DNA of 64,000 nucleotides from Ignavibacteriota bacterium (GCA_963701295.1 OY969585.1:416001-480000); one strand, 5' to 3'; positions 19,175-30,132 are shown, counted from the stretch's first letter. Translations and numbers: made by a program. The notes: generated by a model not told the origin, from the sequence alone.

Positions 19175-19630
19175 TCACTCCACCATTTCATCATCATCTA
19201 CAAAAACATGCCTGCTGTTTATCTCCGTCGCTGTAACGCCTTCGCGTTTGATGACAGGAATTTCAGGTTTCGGCTTATCCCAATCAAGGTCTCCCTTGAG
19301 CCATACATATGCATAGCCTACGAAGAGAATTACAAGGAAAACCGCCATTTCCAGAAATCCAAACATTCCAAACTGCCGATAGACGAGCGCCCATGGAAAG
19401 AGAACGGCCACCTCTACATCGAAAATCAGAAAGACAAGGGCAATAACATAGAAACGTACGTTCAGCCGAATCCAAGCGCTTCCAACAGGTTCTTCACCAC
19501 ATTCATACGTGGCATTTTTTTCAGGATATGGACGGCGAGGTCGAAAAATCCATGCGCCAAAGAGTCCAAGAACAACAAAGATGACGCCGAGGAAAAGAAA
19601 GATGAGGGCTTTACCAAATTCCGTTAACAT
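19175..19630 (-). CDS. nuoA: NADH-quinone oxidoreductase subunit A
   Basis: YECGEEP, FLIFDVEVAVLFPWA, KGDLDW. Confidence 0.96.
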   Translation of the reverse strand: MLTEFGKALIFLFLGVIFVVLGLFGAWIFRPRRPYPEKNATYECGEEPVGSAWIRLNVRFYVIALVFLIFDVEVAVLFPWALVYRQFGMFGFLEMAVFLVILFVGYAYVWLKGDLDWDKPKPEIPVIKREGVTATEINSRHVFVDDDEMVE

Positions 19631-19680
19631 GAAGTGCTGCAGTACATTCCGATAATAAAATAAATGCTCAATGTGTAAGC

Positions 19681-19709
19681 AATATACCGGAAACTTGCAC
19701 GTGAGTCAA
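19681..19709 (-). promoter_or_regulatory. Sigma70-type promoter of the nuo operon
   Basis: TTGACT-N17-TATATT, 50 nt upstream of nuoA. Confidence 0.7.
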
Positions 19710-19766
19710 GAAATTCAAAATATAATCTCAGTCATACAACTCTTATGGATCGAAGTATCAGTCAAC

Positions 19767-21689
19767 TTATTCATTCACTGAATCTAGAATTTCGCGCACA
19801 CGGAGAAGGACTTCTCTTCCATTATATGGTTTCGGGAGAAAATCTCTGGCTCCTGCCCGAAGAATTTCAGATTTCCGATCGGGATCAACTAAGCCGCTCG
19901 TCATGATAACTTTCACCGTCGGCTGTATTTCTTTCATTTTCCGGAGCATGCCTAATCCATCGAGTTTCGGCATGCCGAGATCAGAAATAACAAGTGCAAT
20001 TTGTTCTTGATGCTTCTTGAACAACTCCACTCCTTCACAGCCGTCGGAAGCTTGCAGTATACTGTACCCTTTTTCTTCTAAAAGGGCTTTGAGATATGCA
20101 CAGAGAGTAGATTCATCTTCCACAACCAAGATAGTCTCATCTCCGCCGTTGATCTTGATAAATTCTTCCTTTACGCGCGGAACCGGCTTTGCAGAAGCTG
20201 CCAGCGGAAGAAACACATGCATTGTTGTCCCTTGATCAACTGCAGAATCGACATCGACAAACCCATGGTAACTTTCAAGAATTCCATAGACGACAGAAAG
20301 ACCAAGTCCCGCTCCACTCCCCTTTTCTTTGGTCGTAAAGAATGGATCGAATACTCTCGTTTTTGTTTTTTCATCCATTCCTCTCCCAGTATCTGAAACA
20401 GCAATATGTACGTAATCGTTGGCTTGTGCATTTGGATTCTGCTGCTGAAGTTTTTTACCGCTTATACGTTTTGTTGTAAACCGCAGTGTTCCGCCTTCAG
20501 GCATCGCATCCCGCGCATTCATAGCAATGCTCAGGAGTGCTTGATGTAACTGACCGCGATTTGCGTTTATTGAAAAGACCGCTTTGCTAAAATCTGGGAC
20601 AATTTCAATGGTTTTTGGAAATGTTGCCTGAAGAAGTGAAACAATTTCTTTCATAATGAGATTCACATCGACCTGTTCATTTTTTACTTCTGTTTTTCCG
20701 GAAAGTGTCACAAGCTGCCGAACAAGTGCTACTCCGCGAGCAGAAGCATCGAGGATCGTCTTCATATCATTCTTCAGTTTATCAGGATCACCTATATGAC
20801 GTTCGGTCATGGAAGCATATCCTGAGATGATATTAAAGATGTTATTGAAATCATGTGCGACACCGCCAGCGAGCGTACTCACACTTTCCATTTTCTGTGA
20901 TCGTCGAACCTGCTGTTCCAGCTTTTTCTGATTTGTCATATCCAACGCAATGCCGAGAGAAGCAGGGGCGCCTTCAAAATGAATTGAGCTTACAGTAAAA
21001 TCCAACCATCGTTCTGTTCCATCTTTCGTGAGGATCTTGAATTCGTATCGAGACGGCACACTCTCACCCCTCTGTTGAGCTGATCTTCGCTGCTGAATCA
21101 TCTCTATATGATCCGGATGCGTCAACTCCCAAATTGTTTTATGCAGCAGCTCGTCGTTTGTATATCCGGTAAGCTGTTCTGCGGCTGAGTTGACATAAAC
21201 AAATTTTTCACCATAATAAATAAAAATTGCGGCGGTGCTGGTTTCTGCAAGTGAACGGAATCGTGCTTCACTTTGCTTCTGGGCTTCTTCTGCCTGCAAG
21301 CGCGCTTCACGCTCATGTCTTTGGTTTACAACAGAAAGAATAGCCGGCACCAATCGAATGCTATTCGTCTTCAGGAGAAATTCCGACGCACCTTCCTTCA
21401 TGCACTCAACGGCTTTCTCTTCCCCTACTGATCCCGTGTAAATGATTGTCGGCGTATCGGGTGACATTTCTTTTGAGAGCCGAAGCGCTTCTATTCCCGT
21501 GATATCCGGGATAGTGTAATCAATCACAATACAATCGAACTTTGATAACTCAAGTTCGCGAATGTATGTTTCTCTGTTACGAGCTTCCTTAACGACAATC
21601 TCAACTGGAGCAGATTGCACTTTACGCGTGAAAAGCCGTATAGACGACGGATCATCTTCAAGCAAGAGAATGGATAGTACGGTAGACAC
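19767..21689 (-). CDS. Hybrid sensor histidine kinase (REC-PAS-HisKA-HATPase-REC)
   Basis: N-terminal receiver (LLEDD, DYTIP), PAS (THPDH), H-box AHDFNN, NARDAM, DTGRGM, FFTTK, GLGL, C-terminal receiver. Confidence 0.93.
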   Translation of the reverse strand: MSTVLSILLLEDDPSSIRLFTRKVQSAPVEIVVKEARNRETYIRELELSKFDCIVIDYTIPDITGIEALRLSKEMSPDTPTIIYTGSVGEEKAVECMKEGASEFLLKTNSIRLVPAILSVVNQRHEREARLQAEEAQKQSEARFRSLAETSTAAIFIYYGEKFVYVNSAAEQLTGYTNDELLHKTIWELTHPDHIEMIQQRRSAQQRGESVPSRYEFKILTKDGTERWLDFTVSSIHFEGAPASLGIALDMTNQKKLEQQVRRSQKMESVSTLAGGVAHDFNNIFNIISGYASMTERHIGDPDKLKNDMKTILDASARGVALVRQLVTLSGKTEVKNEQVDVNLIMKEIVSLLQATFPKTIEIVPDFSKAVFSINANRGQLHQALLSIAMNARDAMPEGGTLRFTTKRISGKKLQQQNPNAQANDYVHIAVSDTGRGMDEKTKTRVFDPFFTTKEKGSGAGLGLSVVYGILESYHGFVDVDSAVDQGTTMHVFLPLAASAKPVPRVKEEFIKINGGDETILVVEDESTLCAYLKALLEEKGYSILQASDGCEGVELFKKHQEQIALVISDLGMPKLDGLGMLRKMKEIQPTVKVIMTSGLVDPDRKSEILRAGARDFLPKPYNGREVLLRVREILDSVNE

Positions 21690-21821
21690 AGCGACGGCCC
21701 CTTATGATTATCTAATTATTGCGCCATGGAATAATACAAAATAATGGGAAAGAATCAGAAAGAATGTATGAGAAGTCAAATAGAAAAGCAACATCAAAAC
21801 GACGCGCGACAAACTTTTCTT

Positions 21822-22391
21822 TCATCGTCCATCAAGATTCACTTTAGTACCCTCGTTCCACGTCGTCTCGTCTGTCCCTGCACGAATATTTGTATATCGG
21901 GCAAGGACAAATAGCAGATCGGCTAAACGGTTCAGATATACCAGTGGGATTTTTCCTATGTCCTCTTTTCTTCCTAATGCGTCTACCAGCCGTTCTGCAC
22001 GGCGGCAGATCGTGCGAGCAACGTGTATCTGCGCACCTACAAGCTGACCCCCCGGAAGAATGAATAATTGCAATGGCTTTAGTTGTATGTCTATCTGATC
22101 AATGATTTTTTCCAGATTATGGATGTGATCTTGCTGAATACGCTGTATTTTCGAAGACACAGTGTCCTTAGGAGTTGCAAGATCAGCACCAAGGACAAAT
22201 AATTGATTCTGAAGTTGTTCAAGAATGCTCTCAACTTCGGCTGGAGGCTTGAGAGCACGGACAACGCCAAGATGTGCATTCAATTCATCCACCGTACCAT
22301 ACGCATCGATACGGAGAGTACTTTTGGGGAGACGTCTACCGCCAAAAAGGGATGTATCCCCATTGTCGCCGGTTTTCGTATAAATTTTCAT
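21822..22391 (-). CDS. PduO-type ATP:cob(I)alamin adenosyltransferase
   Basis: KIYTKTGDNGDTSL, YGTVDELN, ARTICRRAER, YLNRLADLLF. Confidence 0.93.
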   Translation of the reverse strand: MKIYTKTGDNGDTSLFGGRRLPKSTLRIDAYGTVDELNAHLGVVRALKPPAEVESILEQLQNQLFVLGADLATPKDTVSSKIQRIQQDHIHNLEKIIDQIDIQLKPLQLFILPGGQLVGAQIHVARTICRRAERLVDALGRKEDIGKIPLVYLNRLADLLFVLARYTNIRAGTDETTWNEGTKVNLDGR

Positions 22392-22521
22392 GAATGACCT
22401 TCGTTACCTCAACATCCTTTTTCCATAATACAAAATGTTACTATAAGAAAAAAGGCTTGCAGGCAGCCAACCGGAATGTTCCTCACCCTCACATCCGGTA
22501 GATTTATTCTTCCTTTCTGAT

Positions 22522-24289
22522 TTACTGCTGTAATAATTTGAATCTATAGAATTCTCCTTTGGCTTTCATCAACTGACGATGAGTACCGGATTCCACACAA
22601 GTTCCATGGTTCATCACTACAATCCGGTCGGCATTTCGGATCGTCGATAGGCGGTGCGCAACGATAAACGTCGTTCGCCCTTTCACAAGTCGTTGTATTG
22701 CCTGCTGAATGAGAGCTTCCGTCGCCACATCAAGTGCGGAAGTTGCTTCATCCAATACTATTATTCTGGGATCCCTTATCAGCGCTCGTGCAATGGCAAT
22801 GCGCTGTCGCTGACCACCTGAAAGCCGTGCGCCCCTTTCACCGAGTTTCGTATCAAGTCCTTGAGGTAATTTTTTAATGAAGTCTGCCGCATTGGCAATT
22901 TTCAGAATCTTCCAGATCTGGCAATCGTTTACCTCCTTGAGACCATACATAATGTTTTCACGAACAGATCCACTGAATAAAAGAGTCGTTTGCGGTACAA
23001 CTGCTAAGAACCGTCGATACTGACGTAAATCCAATTCCTGCATATCTGTACCATCAAGAAGTATTCGTCCCACCGTCGGCCTTCTGAAACCGATGACAAG
23101 ACTCATTAAGGTTGATTTCCCCGAACCAGATTCGCCGACAATGGCAATAGTTTCGCCAGTTTTTACTTTCAAAGAAAAATTCTCAATTGCCGGATGTTGA
23201 GCTTTCTCATACGTGTAACTGATATGTTCGAACACAAATTGTCCCTTCACCGATGAGACCGCATGTTTTCCCTCATTCTCTTCTATGTCCGGTGATTCAA
23301 GGATTTCGCCGATTGATCGAATGGATTCAAATCCTCGGGCAAGCTCCGGATAGGAATTCAGAATCATATTCACTGCGCCGACGATCATAGCAAAGAAACT
23401 TTGGTATAATACCACATCCCCGATGTTGACCGTTTTATTATATGCTAGTATTGAAGTAAACATCAAACAGACGAGCATAACGATCTGAAACGATGTCCAT
23501 GAACTTGCTCCAAACAAAGCCCCGATGACTTCAAGGCGAATTCCTTTTTGTTTCACATGTTCAAGCTGGGAGTCTATTTTGGAGACCTCAAGATCTTCGA
23601 CACCATGAGCCCGCGTCATCGGAATCATTTGTATCATCTCTACCACACTCGCGGAAAGCGATTCGATTTCAGTACCGATATTCTTTGTTCCTCGCAGTCA
23701 TCTTTTTCGAAAATAAAAATACGAGGCTTGACGACACCGGAACCGAGACCAAATAGAAGAGTGCGACAACCGGCTGCTTCAGTACCGTTAATGAAAATGC
23801 AACAAGGATTGTCAGAACAGCCGGAAAAGCGGAATTCATAAGATTGCGCGAAAGAATTTCAAGAGTCTCAACATCACGGAGTACTTTTGTCTGAAGTTTT
23901 CCCGAGAGATACATATCGTGAAAAGAAATAGACAATTCCTGTAATCGCCTCACAATGGAAGATCTCAATTGCACCTGCATTGTGTTCAGCGCTTCGCTGA
24001 AGACCCGAACATACAGAGTATGCATGGGAATATTTTGAATAATGATAATGAAAAATATGATACCGACCAGCCATAGATCGTTCTTTGTGTACTGTGTAGT
24101 ATCACCAACAATGGTAATCATTCGTGCAATTACGATTGGGAGAATCCAGACAGGGGAATGTTTTATCGCGAATAGGATAATCGAAAGAATGATTTTTAGA
24201 TATTGACCATGATAGAGGTATAATATTTTTTTAAACGGACGTGCTTTGTGAAATTTAAACTCTAAGGGTGAAAAATTTTGTTCTGACAT
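22522..24289 (-). pseudogene. MsbA/MdlB-like fused ABC exporter split by a one-base frameshift
   Basis: TMD half (23669-24289) and TMD/NBD half (GESGSGKST, LSGGQRQR, LDEATSALD) join as ...KEYR/TEIESLSASVVEM if one base at 23675-23676 is removed, giving about 588 aa. Confidence 0.85.
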
Positions 24290-24290
24290 T

Positions 24291-24440
24291 TCAGCTTTCA
24301 AATATTACAAGCAAAGAAACAGCTGCATCCCTTATAATCGGAGTCTTCATGAGAAAATCGATGATAAATAAGAATGGAATACGGCTTGAACAGAGATTGT
24401 TCATGACATTAGCTGCTTTTTCTTTTGTAAGTTCATCCAT
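24291..24440 (-). pseudogene. Short 5' remnant resembling Bacteroidota-type PabB N-terminus
   Basis: MDELTKEKAANVMNNLCSSRIPFLFIIDFLMKTPII resembles the MN-x6-PFLFIID start of short PabB proteins (recalled, not searched); ends after 49 aa. Confidence 0.4.
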
Positions 24441-24577
24441 GAGAACAGTCAAGAGAGTACAAGAGACAGGGGATTCTCTGGTGTACATTGCAAACGAATG
24501 ATCACAAAGTACTCACTGAACGCTCACGATCATTCGTTTTCTGCCGTCTGTTATTTGCGTACTGTATGCTGCCCGAC

Positions 24578-25966
24578 TCACCTCTTTTTCCCACTCTTCC
24601 AAAATTGTGGCAACTCATTGTAATAGTGTGCCGTTGTTTTGATGCCGCCAAAAAAATTATCGAGATTGAGGAATTCATTCGGCGCATGAGCGTTCTCATC
24701 TGGCAGACCAAAGCCGAGCAGCACTGAATCAATACCAAGTAGTTTTTTAAAATCCACCACAATTGGAATAGAACCGCCTTCTCGTTGATATAACGGCCTC
24801 TTGCCAAAGCCTTTTTCCAGCGCCACTACTGCCGCTTGCACACCCGGACTATCCACCGGTGTAATAGCCGGCTCGCCGCCATGCAGATTGCGTACTTTCA
24901 TTTTCACCGTTTTAGGAGCAATGGCTTTCAGATGTTTCTCAAAAAGCTTCGCAATTTTTTCTGACGATTGATCCGGCACGAGTCTCATGGAAATTTTCGC
25001 GAACGCTTTCGATGGAAGCACCGTCTTTGCACCTTCGCCCGTATAACCGCCCCAGATGCCGTTGCATTCAAGTGTCGGCCGCGCCCAAAGCCGCTCAAGT
25101 GTCGTAAATCCTTTCTCACCGTAGAGATATTTTAGCCCAAGCGACTTTGCATACTTCTTGTCACTCCATGGAAGTTTCTTGAATGCCGCGCGTTCTACTT
25201 TTGTTAGGGGACGTACATCATCATACATCCCTTTTACGGTAATACGGCCGTTCTTATCATGCAGCGAGGCGATCATTTCCGTCAGTGCCTGAATCGGATT
25301 GTGCACTGAGCCGCCGAACGAACCGGAATGCAGATCGCCATTCGGCCCAGTCACTTCCACTTCCATATACGCAAGTCCGCGTAAAGCATACGTTACCGAC
25401 GGAACACCTTTAGCAAACATCCCAGAATCAGAAATCACAATCACATCGGCTTTGAGCAAGTCTTTATGTTCACTCACAAACTTCCCAAGATGCTCACTGC
25501 CAACTTCTTCTTCACCCTCAAAAATAATTTTTATATTCACCGGAAGTGTACCGCCATTTTTTAAATATGCTTCAATGGCTTTCAAGTGGATAAAAATCTG
25601 ACCCTTATCATCAGATGCACCGCGCGCGTAGAGATTCTCTCCACGGATGGTTGCCTCAAAAGGCGGAGTCGTCCACAAATCCACTGGATCTTCCGGCTGT
25701 ACATCGTAATGTCCATAAATAAGAATTGTCGGCAAGCCCGCCACGTCGAGCCAATCGGCATATACGACCGGATGGCCTTCCGTTTCCAAAACCTGTACGT
25801 TCTGCAAGCCGATATTTGTCATATGGTTTTTCAGCCACTCTGCAGCACGGCGCATGTCCGGTTTGCGCTCTGTCTGCGAGCTTACACTGGGAATAGCAAG
25901 GAGTTCTTTTAATTCTGAAAGATACCGCTCACGGTTAGATTCGATGAAAGATAAAATATTTTCCAT
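24578..25966 (-). CDS. M20 family dipeptidase
   Basis: YGHYDVQP, ARGASDDKGQ, EGEEEVGS, DLHSG, GGSIP, AHAPNE. Confidence 0.94.
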   Translation of the reverse strand: MENILSFIESNRERYLSELKELLAIPSVSSQTERKPDMRRAAEWLKNHMTNIGLQNVQVLETEGHPVVYADWLDVAGLPTILIYGHYDVQPEDPVDLWTTPPFEATIRGENLYARGASDDKGQIFIHLKAIEAYLKNGGTLPVNIKIIFEGEEEVGSEHLGKFVSEHKDLLKADVIVISDSGMFAKGVPSVTYALRGLAYMEVEVTGPNGDLHSGSFGGSVHNPIQALTEMIASLHDKNGRITVKGMYDDVRPLTKVERAAFKKLPWSDKKYAKSLGLKYLYGEKGFTTLERLWARPTLECNGIWGGYTGEGAKTVLPSKAFAKISMRLVPDQSSEKIAKLFEKHLKAIAPKTVKMKVRNLHGGEPAITPVDSPGVQAAVVALEKGFGKRPLYQREGGSIPIVVDFKKLLGIDSVLLGFGLPDENAHAPNEFLNLDNFFGGIKTTAHYYNELPQFWKSGKKR

Positions 25967-26039
25967 GGTTCTATCCTTTTTATTGGGAATAAGAGAACAT
26001 ACTATGGATGAATGTACCTATCGGATAATGGAAAGGCAA

Positions 26040-26340
26040 GGAATACACATGAACTGGAAATATATTAACCTCTCTCTTTATCCATCCCCACATCATTCAT
26101 GGAGCAATTGTTACCCATATGAGCACGAGAATCCCGCCTCAACCTTCGAGAATATTTTAGCCGCGAAGAAGAATATCCCACAACATTACTCTTGCATAAT
26201 GGAAGAAGAGCGACTTAAAATATATTGTCATTGCCAACTAGATGAAACCGAGCATCAACACTTGAACTGAAGATATAAACTGCCAGCGTTTTACAAAGAA
26301 CCAATTAAAAGAGTGAAGGGACTAATACCGAGGAACACAG
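26040..26340 (-). pseudogene. Possible decayed membrane-protein gene
   Basis: One minus frame reads KRWQFISSVQVLMLGFI*LAMTIYFKSLFFHYARVMLWDILLRG*NILEG*GGILVLIWVTIAP*MMWGWIKR: hydrophobic, with four stops. Confidence 0.25.
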
Positions 26341-26463
26341 ATCTCTGATATGCAATTATTTCGTTAATGTACGGTTTATATAGAGAAGCTCGCGCAAGCA
26401 ACCGTTTAGCAGTGCTACCACAAGAAGTCTCAACTAATCAAATATATATTTCGAATTAGGATT

Positions 26464-27291
26464 TCACGCTGATTGGCGAACCACAAGCTCAGGCTTAAAT
26501 ATGATCTTCTGTGGGTTGCGAAGAATTTCGTCTCTTTGGATCACTGCCATCTTATACGCGGCCTCTGCTATCTCCTTCAGAGGCTGTCTGATTGTAGTAA
26601 GCTTGGGAGTCGAAATTTGTGCGATGAGCAAGTCGTCAAAACCCACAATAGAAATATCCTCCGGAATGCGTACTTTCCGCTCCTTTGCTACAGCTATTAA
26701 ACCTAGTGCGCAGTTGTCACCTGCGGCACAAAAAATAGCATCGACACCAGCATCCAATAATTTCGGCATCACCTCGATACCATCCTCGCGAGAGTAATGG
26801 GGTACTTCGATCATGCAGCCTTGCGGTATGGAAATCCCTTTGGTTCTGAGCGCCTGTTGGAATCCTTTGAGCCTTTGCTCTGCATTGAAGCTGCCCTTTA
26901 ACTGAGTCCTGCCAGACACAATGGCAATCTTCTTTCTGCCCTTCGAAATCAAATACTCCCCTGCTATGCGTCCACCCAATTGGTTATCTGTGGCAATGGA
27001 AGATACGCCAGATTCCTCTTCGTCTATGAGCACGATAGGAATTTTCGCGGCAGTGTAGGCAGAAATAATGTCAGGATCAGGATCTATATCCATCGCAATT
27101 AAGGCAGTAGGTTTTACTTGTGTCAGCACCCTTTTGAGGTGGTCCTTCTGTATAGTAGTTTCGCCTGTCATAGACCTCAGAACTATCTCCTCTTGCTTAA
27201 ACAACTTCTTGAGATGATCACTTACCGCAATCAGAATCGATGATTGGAAGTTCGGCACCGCAAATACAACTTTCGTCTCTCGGTTTGCCAT
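26464..27291 (-). CDS. LacI/GalR-family ligand-binding domain protein lacking the HTH
   Basis: DNQLGG, RLKGF, DAIFCA, IPEDISIVGFDD, PKLTTIRQP, ELVVRQS; only 275 aa, with an AGGAG RBS before the ATG. Confidence 0.88.
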   Translation of the reverse strand: MANRETKVVFAVPNFQSSILIAVSDHLKKLFKQEEIVLRSMTGETTIQKDHLKRVLTQVKPTALIAMDIDPDPDIISAYTAAKIPIVLIDEEESGVSSIATDNQLGGRIAGEYLISKGRKKIAIVSGRTQLKGSFNAEQRLKGFQQALRTKGISIPQGCMIEVPHYSREDGIEVMPKLLDAGVDAIFCAAGDNCALGLIAVAKERKVRIPEDISIVGFDDLLIAQISTPKLTTIRQPLKEIAEAAYKMAVIQRDEILRNPQKIIFKPELVVRQSA

Positions 27292-27405
27292 CTTGGGAAT
27301 CTCCTTTTGGACCTACTATGTATAATAAATTGAAGTAAATTTTACATAAAAAGGACTCTAAAAGCAAACTATAATAAAAATTTAGGACATCGATTTAATC
27401 TCAAC

Positions 27406-29091
27406 CTATTTTCCCTTCACACCTAACAAATTGTCATATATCCTTTTATTTTTGATGATACTAATCGCTGTCTGCAATTGCTTATCTCGTGAAAATGTTG
27501 ATTCAAAACGGGCTTTATCACCTTTTATCCTTGCAAGAATTTCCGTTTTGAGTGTAGTCCGGATTTCCTCCTGAAAGCGATAAATCTGTCTGTCCTTATC
27601 TCCCTTGAGAATAGTTTGTAACTTCTCAATGCCATCCATGAACGATTTGTCGTACCGGGCATCAGTAGCAAGCACGCGCAACTCTTGCAGTTTCGCTTCT
27701 CCTTCTTCCTCGCATTCGAACCTTTTCTCCTTAAGAAAAGCCTCAAAGGCCTCGATCTGTTTGTTTGTCACCTCAAAGCTATCTGGAAATATTTTATTCT
27801 CGGCAGCATAGCGGTTTGCATACTTGAAGAACATTGCTTTTCTGTTAAGTTCATCAAGAAATATGCTATGGAGAGAATCCGTTACAATCGTATCGGGAAG
27901 AATTCCACCACTTTCCCAAACACGCCGATTATGAGCGGTACGAAATTCATGTCTCAAGCTGTCGGGCACGGTTGTTCCATTACCATCGCCATCTCGATGC
28001 CCGTAATCAATTTCTTGGATACACCGTCCACTTGGCGTGTAATACTTCGCTGTAGTCATTTTTAATGATGAATTTTCTGAAAGCGGCGTGATGGTCTGCA
28101 CTAATCCTTTACCGAATGTGCGCGTTCCTACAACAATACCACGATCCAAATCTTGTATCGCCCCGCAGACAATTTCGCTGGCGCTCGCACTAAATCGATT
28201 GACTAGTACCGTTAACGGCAAATCACGAAGCAGAGGAGCCTCCGAAGAAGTATAACTCCGCTCAGATGTAATCTTACGCCCGCGTGTTGAAACGACTAAA
28301 CTTTTTTCCGGCACAAATTTTGAGACAACATCAACCGCGCTTTCGAGTAATCCGCCAGGATTATCGCGCAGGTCAAGCACTAATCCTTTTAATTCCCCGT
28401 TTACCCGAAGATCTTTGATCGCATTACGTAGATCATCTCCCGCAGTCCGTGAGAATCGTTCTAACCGAATATAAGCTACACCATCCGAAACATATCCTGA
28501 ATAAGCAATATTTCGAACGAGAATCTCTTCACGCATCAATACAAAGTCGATCGGTTTCTTTTCACCTTCTCGTTCAATCTTCATTCTCAATTCTGTACCG
28601 GGAATGCCGCGCACAAGTTGACGAACAGCTTCCAGCGAACCTCCCTTCACTGATTTTCCTTCCACCTCGATGATTCGATCTCCGACTTCCATACCTTGTT
28701 TCGCCGCAGAGAAACCTTCGAGCAAATTTATGATTGTAATGTACCCGTCACGTTGACCGATGGTTACGCCGACACCGCCATATTTGCCTGTGGTAATAAG
28801 ATCAATTTCATCATTTTCTTTCTCGCCGATGAACACCGTGTACGGATCGAGCGTCTTGAGCATACCATCAATTCCGGCGCGCATCAATCCTTCTGGGTCG
28901 AGCGTATCAACATAGTTCACAGCGATTTCCTTATAAACCCTTCCGTACATATCGATACTGCGGTAGATTTTCAGAAAGAAATCGGCGTCGCCACTTTCGG
29001 AAAGGAAACCGAAAAAGAGAACTGCAAACGAACTAAGAAAGATTGTCGCTATAGTTGTTTTCTTTATTTTGCTCTTATGTGTTTGATTCAT
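27406..29091 (-). CDS. S41 family C-terminal processing peptidase (PDZ + Tsp)
   Basis: LDPYT, GVG PDZ, LDLRDNPGGLL, SASASEIV, GTRTFGKGLVQ, YYTPSGRCIQ. Confidence 0.95.
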   Translation of the reverse strand: MNQTHKSKIKKTTIATIFLSSFAVLFFGFLSESGDADFFLKIYRSIDMYGRVYKEIAVNYVDTLDPEGLMRAGIDGMLKTLDPYTVFIGEKENDEIDLITTGKYGGVGVTIGQRDGYITIINLLEGFSAAKQGMEVGDRIIEVEGKSVKGGSLEAVRQLVRGIPGTELRMKIEREGEKKPIDFVLMREEILVRNIAYSGYVSDGVAYIRLERFSRTAGDDLRNAIKDLRVNGELKGLVLDLRDNPGGLLESAVDVVSKFVPEKSLVVSTRGRKITSERSYTSSEAPLLRDLPLTVLVNRFSASASEIVCGAIQDLDRGIVVGTRTFGKGLVQTITPLSENSSLKMTTAKYYTPSGRCIQEIDYGHRDGDGNGTTVPDSLRHEFRTAHNRRVWESGGILPDTIVTDSLHSIFLDELNRKAMFFKYANRYAAENKIFPDSFEVTNKQIEAFEAFLKEKRFECEEEGEAKLQELRVLATDARYDKSFMDGIEKLQTILKGDKDRQIYRFQEEIRTTLKTEILARIKGDKARFESTFSRDKQLQTAISIIKNKRIYDNLLGVKGK

Positions 29092-29108
29092 AAAATTTTA
29101 TTCCATCC

Positions 29109-29729
29109 TCATTTCTTTGTGGAAAGTGTTTCTGCTACTTGTTGATAAATCAATTCATGGATATCGTCGATGGGTTGTAATCCGTTAATAATGCGATATC
29201 GTGATCCATTTTTCGCAATTTGGAGATATCCTTCACGGACTCGTTCATAGAACTCTATGCCGCTGGACTCCATCCGATCTTTATTGGTCTTAGCTGTTGA
29301 CATGCGTTTTTCAATCTCTCGAATCGGGATATCGAGGAAGAAAGTCAGTTCTGGTGCAAGACCACCTGTTGCGTACCGATTAATTGTTTGAATAACATCG
29401 AGCTCAATTCCACGGCCATAACCCTGATAAGCTGTTGTGGAATCGTAATAACGATCACATAACACCACCATGCCGCCTTCCAATGCAGGCAGCACAACTT
29501 CCTGTATCAGTTGTGAACGACTTGCGGAAAACAGGAACAATTCGCTCGCTTCACTCATTCCTGTATTGGTTTTATCAAGCAGTATCTTGCGTACTTTCTC
29601 GCCAATTTCTGTGCCGCCCGGTTCTCGCAACACAAGTACATGATGATCCTGTAGCGTCAAGCGATCCGAAAGCAGTTGCACCTGGGTTGATTTCCCAGAA
29701 TAATCGAGACCTTCAAAAGTAATAAGCAT
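29109..29729 (-). CDS. tmk: Thymidylate kinase
   Basis: ITFEGLDYSGKSTQ, REPGGT, CDRY, AYQG. Confidence 0.96.
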   Translation of the reverse strand: MLITFEGLDYSGKSTQVQLLSDRLTLQDHHVLVLREPGGTEIGEKVRKILLDKTNTGMSEASELFLFSASRSQLIQEVVLPALEGGMVVLCDRYYDSTTAYQGYGRGIELDVIQTINRYATGGLAPELTFFLDIPIREIEKRMSTAKTNKDRMESSGIEFYERVREGYLQIAKNGSRYRIINGLQPIDDIHELIYQQVAETLSTKK

Positions 29730-30132
29730 GGGACCTGGTGGGATGATTAAATTGTGATTGGTGATTTAAAATTTCTTTGCGTGCCTTTTTGCTTCGCTTT
29801 CTGAGTTTCTATATTCTTGCTTCTCTCTTCTGTTTGTTAAAAATACTCAAATTCGTTCTGTTATGCAATCGACCAAAGTACATCTATTGAGTCTGATGTA
29901 ATCTTCATTTAGAAAGTTCGCTCCATTTCTCATGAACCAACAGTTCTATTGGATTATCCTTGGGGTATTTATGTCGTGAAACACTATAGGCAAAAACGAG
30001 AATCGACAAGAACATCTTGCGCCGGATAACAGCATAAATAAAAAATCCTTTTAGTTAACATGAATATTTTCTATTATGAATTATAGCCATATAAAAAAAC
30101 AGCTTTCATTGTGTATTTGATTGGGGGAGAAC

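Noticed and set aside
17740-19627. Plus-strand ORFs of up to 243 aa within the nuo operon
   Set aside because: Antisense shadows of nuoA-D.
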